A stretch of DNA of 64,000 bases, taken from NCBI RefSeq assembly GCF_053078305.1, contig NZ_CP166879.1, one strand, 5' to 3'. The notes under the pieces were generated by a model that saw nothing but the letters and a program-made list of their open reading frames with translations, ran no database searches and was not told the DNA's origin. The position numbers and the translations under genes were made by a program. This document shows, one piece after another, positions 16,169 to 24,362 of this stretch; within the stretch, counting starts at the first letter, position 1, and each line of letters begins with the position of its first letter.

Positions 16169-17071
16169 TTACTCATAGCCTAACAACTGACAATAAACCT
16201 GTTCAATATATCGTCCTCTGCCATCACCATGACCAAGATCAATTGATGTCAGTGCAAGTGCCTCCTTATAACTGTAACCGTTCATAATATGATATTTCAT
16301 GGCACTTGCAGCGTAACTGTACCGAAAACTGTGTGCAGTCTCATCTCTGCCTTTCAGTTCTCCATAACGACGTAATGTATTAAGATAATAATCCATTGCC
16401 GACTTAAGATTATCTCTGTCTATAAGACGTCCATTATGTTCACTGGCATATTTGAGTGCATAATTAACAGCATCAAGAACGTTATCCCGGTCAACAACCG
16501 TTGTCATTCTTTCCCGTCCCCCTTTCGTACCAAAAATCACTCTTATTTTTTCATCTCCCCGTTGTAACGCTTTTTTCCAGGTTCGTAATGATTTGGCCGA
16601 CTGGATAGCTTCTTCATTTCTCAGACCGAGGTAACGTGACAGTTTAACAACAGCAGCCACCCCTTTATCTTTTGCTTCCACACGCTGAAGAATCTCCCGA
16701 AAACGCTCATCCGTGATTAATTTTTTTGTTCCCTTACGACTGGAGCCGGAAATGCCTAACGCTTTATTGCTGAGACGAGGATGTTCGGGATCAGCCATCT
16801 TATATTTACCTGCCTGACGTAACATAACCCGTATTGCAGACATTTCATTTTCCCTTGTTCGCCCAGAAACATTATTCCGGCTTCTCATATATAGCTCAAT
16901 ATGCCGGACTTTTACCTGCGCGGCAGAACTGATCTGTACATTCATTTTTGCCAGACTTTCAGCAAAGCGGTGCATGATCCTGGTGTAATCACTCAGCTTC
17001 TTGAAGCTGCCTTTGTCTTTTCGAATGTGAGCAACCAGATCCTGTTTCAGTAATTTTTCACGTCTGGACAT
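16169..17071 (-). CDS. Tyrosine recombinase (XerC/D-like phage-integrase family)
   Basis: YLGLRNEEA (Arg I), AHSFRYSYA (HxxR) and LGHGDGRGRY (catalytic Tyr). Start set at ATG 17071, preceded by GGAG 6 nt upstream. The ORF-track start at 17086 is a GTG. Confidence 0.85.
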   Translation of the reverse strand: MSRREKLLKQDLVAHIRKDKGSFKKLSDYTRIMHRFAESLAKMNVQISSAAQVKVRHIELYMRSRNNVSGRTRENEMSAIRVMLRQAGKYKMADPEHPRLSNKALGISGSSRKGTKKLITDERFREILQRVEAKDKGVAAVVKLSRYLGLRNEEAIQSAKSLRTWKKALQRGDEKIRVIFGTKGGRERMTTVVDRDNVLDAVNYALKYASEHNGRLIDRDNLKSAMDYYLNTLRRYGELKGRDETAHSFRYSYAASAMKYHIMNGYSYKEALALTSIDLGHGDGRGRYIEQVYCQLLGYE

Positions 17072-17120
17072 CAACTTCTCCTGCACATAATAATTTTTAC
17101 CTTAAACAGCTGTACGTTCG

Positions 17121-17171
17121 GCAGATGAGTTTTTCTGTTGTGCCGTGAACACAACAGAAAAACTCATCTGC
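17121..17171. repeat. Perfect 22-bp inverted repeat (7-nt spacer), 50 nt upstream of the recombinase start
   Basis: GCAGATGAGTTTTTCTGTTGTG (17121-17142) pairs with CACAACAGAAAAACTCATCTGC (17150-17171). No T-run on either side. Confidence 0.9.
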
Positions 17172-17782
17172 ATTTCTCCCTGACGACACGGTTAAACGTT
17201 GCGATCCTTCGGGTAGTGACTGCCTGTGCGCCAGGGTAGCGCAGATTGTTTAGGTATTGAGGGGTAACAAATCGGTGTTGCACACCGACTGCAGCATTTG
17301 CTGTACCTGTCTCCAGGTCGCCCCCGACACCACCTCTAATAAGTGGTATCGCCGATTCGGCATCTCACTACATAAAACTCCTTAAAAAAACAATTGATTC
17401 TGCAAAAAACCATTTATGGACGTTATTCACAAAATCGTCCGTAAATTTGCAGAAGAGGTTGAAAAAACACTCTCACGCCGGGTCACTTCTTCAAATGTTA
17501 AAAAACATCACGTGAAACGGCAGTTCGTGCGGGTTCGTTAAGCAGACGCGCGTGCGTCACTTTGTCATCGTGACACGCTGACGAAAGTGACGCCGCGCAG
17601 CTTCAGACGCCAGATACACGCGTAAGCGACCAAATTTCAAATGGTCTTATACAGCGCGCACAGTCGCAGGAAGTGCTGGCAAACAAATGAAAAGAATAAA
17701 AGAAGTCAATACCGCCATTACGCAGTAAGAACATTCCGGCATCACCGGATGGATAAGGATCACACAACCACTGCTGTGTATT

Positions 17783-18050
17783 GCCCGTAATAAAGGGCGC
17801 GGTTAAAAGAAACCTTCATCGTCATGACTGACGATATCTGCTCTCAAAGGTGGGCAGATTTACCACCACCAGAAACATCCTGGCTGCACATCCCCTTTCA
17901 GGTTACGGGGGTGTTGATCACCCGAAGGCGTTCCTCTCAGATCAACGGAACATTGGTGCCCACCGAAGCGGGATGTGGTCACCCGAAGGCGCTCCTCTCA
18001 GACCACTTATGGAGCATTGGTGGTCGCCGAAACGACAGATAATGTATTCT
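17783..18050 (-). ncRNA. STAXI-like structured element, locus B: two tandem modules plus the same 3' part
   Basis: Identical to locus A over 15477-15699 / 17809-18031, at an offset of 2332. Confidence 0.5.
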
Positions 18051-18051
18051 G

Positions 18052-18080
18052 AGCATATCAGAGCGCATAAAAGGCGTCAA
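18052..18080 (-). promoter_or_regulatory. Candidate sigma70 promoter for locus B
   Basis: Minus strand: TTGACG (18080-18075), 17-nt spacer, TATGCT (18057-18052). It lies in sequence not shared with locus A. Confidence 0.4.
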
Positions 18081-18385
18081 TTATCCATGCTCCCTCACGA
18101 AACAGAAGCTGAACTCTTAACACCTGCTATCGGAACTCACTGAATAAACAACTAAAAAGGACATTGTGAAAATTAACATCAACAGTATGTAAAGTGATTT
18201 GTTTTGTCTTAAATGGGTGAATGTAAAAAAATATTCTATACAATCCACACATCCTTGTATCATATATCAAGTAAACATCCACAGAGATAACAGCTTATTT
18301 CAAATAAGCAGATTCTGTTTGATACTTCAGAAAAATAGTATATGCTCCTGATTTACTGATGTTATAAGTTATACAGGATAGTTAA

Positions 18386-19342
18386 ATGTGTGATTTTATA
18401 AAATCATGTTATGCAGCACCAAGAATTAACAAAATGGCTGATTTTTTCTCATCAACAGCATCTGGAGTAAAACATAAACCTTTGAAGCATGTAAAAATTG
18501 ATAACAGGCTTTTCCCATCTCCTGAGTATATAATTTTTTCTGACTATCTTACGAAAAACAGTGGTCCATTTGTTAACCACTACTTTTGCAGTATTCCATA
18601 CAGCAAAGAAGAAGAATGCAGGCTGGGTGTGACTATTATGAAATATGCAAGCCATCGAAATAAGCCATTGAGCTTATGGTGTCTTGGAATGGCAGAAGGA
18701 GCCATGGCCAGAACAATTTCTCAACTATCAAAAGGACAGGTTTTATCATTAACAACCAGCCCAACAAAAGAAAATGAACCTGTATTCTTTAGTCATGGTT
18801 CTCATATTCACTCTTACTTTATTTGCTCCCCATTCTTTCTTGTTCATGAAGAAATAAAAAATAACAACCCTGAACTATTTCCTCATGGTTTTGATATTAT
18901 AATAGAAGATACAACGTTTCAGATGTATTCTCCCGACAGAGAACAACAAATAAAACATGTAAAAAAAACATTAAAATACGATGGTATTTTCATTTTCACA
19001 GAGAAATTTTCCACCTCCACAAAAGAATATCAGATTAGAGAATATCAAAAAGATTTTTCATTTAAACAAAGATATTTTTCACAAGATGAAATAGACGCAA
19101 AAAAAGAAAACGTTCTTAATATCATGAATTTAAATGAAGTAACTCTCGAAAGAATGATTACAGCCATTAAGTCACATTTTAAATATTATTCTGTCTACTG
19201 GAATAGTGGTAATTTCTATTCAATAGCTGCCAGCAATTCGCAAAAAAACATTTCTGACTTTATAATGTTGCTTCCTGAGGCAGCCATACCTATGGAGTAT
19301 GTTTATTTTAAGGTTCCAACCAGAATAACAGGAGTTATATAA
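18386..19342 (+). CDS. Class I SAM-dependent methyltransferase-like protein (318 aa)
   Basis: Rossmann-like pattern LWCLGMAEGAMAR ... FDIIIEDTTFQMY ... LKYDGIFIFTE. AT-rich. The call is weak. Confidence 0.5.
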   Translation: MCDFIKSCYAAPRINKMADFFSSTASGVKHKPLKHVKIDNRLFPSPEYIIFSDYLTKNSGPFVNHYFCSIPYSKEEECRLGVTIMKYASHRNKPLSLWCLGMAEGAMARTISQLSKGQVLSLTTSPTKENEPVFFSHGSHIHSYFICSPFFLVHEEIKNNNPELFPHGFDIIIEDTTFQMYSPDREQQIKHVKKTLKYDGIFIFTEKFSTSTKEYQIREYQKDFSFKQRYFSQDEIDAKKENVLNIMNLNEVTLERMITAIKSHFKYYSVYWNSGNFYSIAASNSQKNISDFIMLLPEAAIPMEYVYFKVPTRITGVI

Positions 19343-19346
19343 TCCC

Positions 19347-19922
19347 ATGGACTTCTCAACATTAATAACATTCTCTATTATAACCTTATCACAAACAGTA
19401 TCGATTGGTCCGGGGGTGGCATTAATCATATCTGAAAGTCTGACATATGGTGCAAAAAAAGCAATAACGACAAGTATATATATAAGATTTGGCGAAATTG
19501 TTGTCATGCTAGTCACACTATTTTCTATAGCACTGGCAATCAATTTAGAAAAACATCTTGACACAATAAAAACTTGTGGTGGTGGATATCTGATTTTTCT
19601 TGGTATTACTCGTCTCATCAAGAGAAAAGGATCTAAAGGAAACAAAGCAAATATCCCTTTTTTAATACCGATGCTCAATCCAAAGGCCTTTTTGTTCTTT
19701 GCTGCATTTATGCCATCATTCATAAAAAACAACAGTAACTTTAATACTGACTTTTTGTTACTTTGTATCATTTTTATAATTGTGTCATTACTCACTGACT
19801 TAATATATATATGTATATGTTTAACTATAAGAGGGCGTATAAATTCATCATTTTCAAAATATGTTAATTTTATCAGCTCTTTATTTATACTTTTAACTGG
19901 CGCATATCTGGTTTTTTTATGA
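19347..19922 (+). CDS. LysE/RhtB-family amino-acid exporter (191 aa)
   Basis: Multi-pass membrane protein. N-terminal pattern ...LSQTVSIGPGVALIISESLTYG and the size fit the LysE family. Starts 4 nt after the upstream gene. Confidence 0.7.
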   Translation: MDFSTLITFSIITLSQTVSIGPGVALIISESLTYGAKKAITTSIYIRFGEIVVMLVTLFSIALAINLEKHLDTIKTCGGGYLIFLGITRLIKRKGSKGNKANIPFLIPMLNPKAFLFFAAFMPSFIKNNSNFNTDFLLLCIIFIIVSLLTDLIYICICLTIRGRINSSFSKYVNFISSLFILLTGAYLVFL

Positions 19923-20070
19923 TATGCCGTCAGGGTGTGCTTCCTTACATATCACGCCCTCTTCCAGACGTCGCTGGTCGTCGCCCTCTGCGTCCCTTAC
20001 TTTCAGCCCCTCTGAGCATAATCGCCCCTCCAGAGGAGCCCATCACAACGACAATGCCAGCGGGTTAATT

Positions 20071-20643
20071 TTATCTGACCCGGCCTTCAGCCACATCCTT
20101 CACACGTTTAACTAATGGCTCAATAAATTTATCTTTCAGATGCCCCGGTGCCGGAGATGCATACGTTATATATATCCGACTTCCTTTGCCATTTTTTTCA
20201 AGTTCAAGCGTCAGATGATCATCAAACTCGCCACCATCCCAGTCACTGCCCATTTTATAATAACTACCGGGCATGGCATCCCACATATGCCCGTTCTGAC
20301 TTATTGCTGCTGCGGCCCACTTCCCGTTCGCATGTCCGTTATTACGAATCGCATCGACTTCTTCATTTGAATAAAACTTATAGTACCGTTTCAGTCTTCC
20401 CGCAGCTGTATCCACATCAACAGGGACTTCTATGACATGATCACGTTTCTCTCTTTTTGCCCGGGGTGCCTGAGACAGATATTTGAGATCATCATCTGCC
20501 TGGTTTACACCTACGTTCAGTACTTTTGTCACAGCAAATGCACCGTCACTTATCTGCCTGTTCAGCTCTGCAATTTCCTGTGCAGAACAGGCACTCAGCG
20601 CAACACACGAAGCACAAACGAGTAACATTTTTTTAGTCAGCAT
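20071..20643 (-). CDS. lipoprotein of unknown function (190 aa)
   Basis: Signal peptide with lipobox VALSAC. Confidence 0.6.
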   Translation of the reverse strand: MLTKKMLLVCASCVALSACSAQEIAELNRQISDGAFAVTKVLNVGVNQADDDLKYLSQAPRAKREKRDHVIEVPVDVDTAAGRLKRYYKFYSNEEVDAIRNNGHANGKWAAAAISQNGHMWDAMPGSYYKMGSDWDGGEFDDHLTLELEKNGKGSRIYITYASPAPGHLKDKFIEPLVKRVKDVAEGRVR

Positions 20644-21595
20644 GTCTTCATCCTCATCAGCAGCTCTTCAGTGGATAACATCCACAGTTACACCTGCATT
20701 TACGCGCAACAAAAACACCAGATGAAGATTTTATTCATTCAGCTCCGCTAAAAATTAATCTTGCTGTGGAATATCGGGAAAACAGGAAGTTACGTTAAAA
20801 GCCGAAGGAAAAACTCACAATCCCTTCTTCAATCAGCCTCTGAAAATCGGCTTTTCAGCATGTCTTCCCCCATTGTTCGTATACCCTGTTCGATGGATTA
20901 TTATTGATCCATATGATCGCTTCACGTAAACACGATTCTGGCTCCACACCATTCTGGACGCGATTGTTACCAAAAAAGACAACCATCACAAGACGTCACA
21001 GACGGTGCGTGCGCTTACTCCTGTATATCTGGCGCAACAGAATCTACCAGTGTAAACTCTCTATGCTTTTGCGCAGAAGCAGTGGGCCTGGGTTCGCTTA
21101 TGTCCTGCATCTACAAGCGAATGACTGACCAGAGACTCCCATATCTGGTCAGTCGCCCATTTTTATTTTCCCTATACACTCAGACTACAATAGCCGTAAC
21201 AAACAGCATACCCCCAGTCATAGTGGCCCCTTTATCTTCTTATGGCTTGTCTGTGGTACTGGAGATAGAGCAACTGTGGGAGTACTGTTATGGCCCCCGG
21301 TAAGAAAAACTCTTGCTTAATGTACAGCAGAACTGTTCCCAGAAAGAAGCCTGTGCATATTTTCATAGAAGGAGATCACCCATAACGGCGTTTTTCACGG
21401 TAATACACGCCAGGTAAAGAATGCTGGATTATCAATCAAAGCTCCGCACAGGAAGCGCTTATGCCGTAGAGCGCCCTCTGGAGAAAAGTGCTACTTCTTG
21501 TCGATTCAGACTAGTTCAGGAAATTATACGAAAATATTACCTGAATGAGCTAAATGTTATTTACCTTCCTTTCTGTTCATTGTAAATTTTTTCTT

Positions 21596-21614
21596 GCTAA
21601 CGCAAATCATTATC
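21596..21614. promoter_or_regulatory. Fur box upstream of the TonB-dependent receptor
   Basis: GCTAACGCAAATCATTATC matches the GATAATGATAATCATTATC consensus at 15 of 19 positions. It overlaps a possible TTGCTA-N17-TACGAT promoter. Confidence 0.5.
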
Positions 21615-21640
21615 ATTACGATTTTAGAAAAGGGAAATTT

Positions 21641-23689
21641 ATGAAGAACAAATATATCATTGCTCCGGGCATTGCCGTGATATGTTCTGCAGTCATATCA
21701 TCAGGTTATGCCAGTTCTGATAAAAAAGAAGATACGCTTGTTGTTACTGCCTCCGGCTTCACTCAGCAACTCAGAAATGCACCGGCCAGTGTTTCAGTCA
21801 TTACTTCAGAGCAACTGCAAAAAAAACCGGTTTCAGACCTGGTCGATGCGGTAAAAGATGTTGAAGGGATTAGTATCACCGGTGGGAATGAAAAACCGGA
21901 TATCAGTATACGTGGGTTAAGTGGCGATTATACATTGATTCTGGTCGATGGACGACGTCAGAGTGGTCGGGAATCCAGACCAAACGGCAGCGGCGGTTTT
22001 GAAGCCGGATTTATCCCTCCTGTGGAAGCAATTGAGCGTATTGAAGTTATACGTGGCCCTATGTCTTCCCTGTATGGTTCCGATGCTATCGGAGGAGTTA
22101 TTAATATCATAACCAAACCTGTTAATAACCAGACATGGGATGGCGTACTTGGGCTTGGGGGAATTATTCAGGAACATGGGAAATTTGGTAACTCAACCAC
22201 GAATGACTTCTACCTGTCAGGCCCATTGGTTAAGGATAAACTTGGTCTTCAGTTATATGGAGGAATGAACTATCGCAAGGAAGATAGTATCTCTCAGGGA
22301 ACACCAGCAAAAGATAATAAGAATATAACGGCAACACTCCAGTTTACTCCGACTGAAAGCCAGAAGTTTGTTTTTGAATACGGAAAAAATAACCAGGAAC
22401 ATACATTAACACCTGGTGATTCTCTTGATGCCTGGACTATGCGGGGAAATCTTAAACAACCAAACAGTAAAAGAGAAACACATAACTCACGTAGTCACTG
22501 GGTAGCAGCATGGAATGCCCAGGGCGAAATACTGCATCCTGAAATTGCTGTTTATCAGGAGAAAGTTATTCGTGAGGTTAAATCTGGTAAAAAAGATAAA
22601 TATAATCATTGGGATCTTAATTACGAGTCAAGAAAACCGGAAATAACCAACACGATCATAGATGCAAAAGTGACGGCATTTCTGCCGGAAAATGTGCTGA
22701 CCATCGGAGGTCAATTTCAGCATGCAGAACTCCGTGATGACTCAGCCACAGGTAAAAAAACGACAGAAACACAGTCTGTTTCAGTTAAACAGAAAGCTGT
22801 TTTTATAGAAAATGAATATGCTGCAACGGATTCTCTCGCCCTGACTGGAGGGCTGCGCCTCGATAACCATGAAATCTATGGCAGTTACTGGAATCCAAGA
22901 TTGTATGCTGTTTATAACCTGACCGATAATCTCACTCTCAAAGGAGGGATCGCAAAAGCATTTCGGGCCCCTTCGATTCGTGAGGTCAGTCCTGGATTTG
23001 GAACACTGACGCAGGGTGGTGCCTCTATTATGTATGGAAACAGGGACCTGAAACCGGAGACCAGTGTAACCGAAGAGATCGGTATTATTTATAATAATGA
23101 CAGTGGTTTTTCAGCAAGCGCGACTCTGTTTAATACAGATTTTAAAAATAAGCTGACCAGTTACGATATAGGCACAAAAGATCCAGTCACTGGGCTAAAC
23201 ACTTTTATTTATGATAATGTGGGTGAGGCAAATATCAGAGGTGTGGAGCTTGCAACTCAGATTCCTGTGTATGATAAATGGCGTGTATCTGCAAACTATA
23301 CATTCACTGACTCCCGTCGAGAAAGCGATGACGAAAGTCTCAATGGCAAGTCGCTGAAAGGGGAACCTCTGGAAAGAACTCCCAGACATGCAGCCAATGC
23401 AAAACTGGAATGGGATTACACTCAGGATATTACATTTTATTCATCTCTGAATTATACAGGAAAACAAATCTGGGCAGCACAAAGAAATGGTGCCAAGGTT
23501 CCCCGTGTTCGTAATGGATTCACTTCTATGGATATTGGTATGAATTACCAGTTCCTGCCAGGCACGCTGATTAATTTTGCCGTACTTAACGTCACAGACA
23601 GAAAGAGCGAAGATATCGATACCATTGATGGTAACTGGCAGGTCGATGAAGGACGTCGTTACTGGGCTAATGTAAGAATATCCTTCTGA
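21641..23689 (+). CDS. ireA: TonB-dependent catecholate-siderophore receptor/adhesin of the IrgA family, IreA-like (682 aa)
   Basis: TonB box DTLVVTA, plug motifs (IRGLSGDYTLILVDGRRQ, IEVIRGPMSSLYGSDAIGGVINIIT) and a terminal F. Start at ATG 21641 (MKNKYIIAPG...). The length and N-terminus match my memory of IreA rather than Iha. Confidence 0.8.
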   Translation: MKNKYIIAPGIAVICSAVISSGYASSDKKEDTLVVTASGFTQQLRNAPASVSVITSEQLQKKPVSDLVDAVKDVEGISITGGNEKPDISIRGLSGDYTLILVDGRRQSGRESRPNGSGGFEAGFIPPVEAIERIEVIRGPMSSLYGSDAIGGVINIITKPVNNQTWDGVLGLGGIIQEHGKFGNSTTNDFYLSGPLVKDKLGLQLYGGMNYRKEDSISQGTPAKDNKNITATLQFTPTESQKFVFEYGKNNQEHTLTPGDSLDAWTMRGNLKQPNSKRETHNSRSHWVAAWNAQGEILHPEIAVYQEKVIREVKSGKKDKYNHWDLNYESRKPEITNTIIDAKVTAFLPENVLTIGGQFQHAELRDDSATGKKTTETQSVSVKQKAVFIENEYAATDSLALTGGLRLDNHEIYGSYWNPRLYAVYNLTDNLTLKGGIAKAFRAPSIREVSPGFGTLTQGGASIMYGNRDLKPETSVTEEIGIIYNNDSGFSASATLFNTDFKNKLTSYDIGTKDPVTGLNTFIYDNVGEANIRGVELATQIPVYDKWRVSANYTFTDSRRESDDESLNGKSLKGEPLERTPRHAANAKLEWDYTQDITFYSSLNYTGKQIWAAQRNGAKVPRVRNGFTSMDIGMNYQFLPGTLINFAVLNVTDRKSEDIDTIDGNWQVDEGRRYWANVRISF

Positions 23690-23703
23690 GAGAATATAGA
23701 TAA

Positions 23704-23724
23704 CCTGAGGCCGTGCGCCTCAGG
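23704..23724 (+). terminator. Hairpin after the receptor gene
   Basis: CCTGAGGC (23704-23711) pairs with GCCTCAGG (23717-23724). No strong T-run. Confidence 0.4.
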
Positions 23725-24362
23725 TACCAGTATAGTAATCAGTAACGTCAGCTTCCAGGTTGTAATGCTTTTAATTTTGATAAAAATAAACTTAATAAAT
23801 TACATTTGTTAAATATTGATAATTTTAATTTGGTTTTATTACTCCAGTTATACTCACACTCTATCTTTACACAATTCATCACCATTACACCTCCATAGCC
23901 TGTTGATTTAAAAGATTTAATTTCCTGTGAAACAATCAGGCCTGTATGAACCTGATTATACCACAGAATCTTTTAAGTTATTTAAATTTAACTCTCGGGC
24001 TTTTCTGTCAGTAAAATCAGAAAAATTGCAGGATTTCGTTTTTTTTGCTGCGAAGTGAAATGTATCTCATTTTTACTGCCTTCGCCAGTGCGTCAGGCAA
24101 TGGCAGGTAGTGTACCTGCATTCTGCTGTAACGCGTAATGTCGGGTAGTTTACTTAAACTTAATATGTTTTATGTTTGCATTATTATAAATCACTTTATT
24201 GCCTTTTGTCTGCTTTTTAATGGTTCCCGTTTTGTTCACTTCTGGCTTTATAAAAAATGGATGCTGAAGAAATGAAGGTAGTCCACCTTACATAATATTC
24301 ATGCATGATTTTTATGCTATTCCGACTGAGTGGAAGAAAATAAAGGAGAAAAGAGGGTATAT

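Noticed and set aside
15449-19922. Integron-like arrangement (recombinase, structured sites, then promoterless AT-rich cassettes)
   Set aside because: The recombinase lacks the IntI-specific features I could recognise. No attC-like site with GTTRRRY cores follows the MTase or LysE genes, and the structured units do not recur after the putative cassettes.
20650-21550. ORFs 20904-21128 and 21082-21303, and a hairpin at 21123-21154
   Set aside because: There is no SD and no motif. One frame (…RFWLHTILDAIVTKKDNHHKTSQTVRALTPVYLAQQNLPV) looks like the tail of a decayed gene, but I could not identify it, so it is left unannotated.
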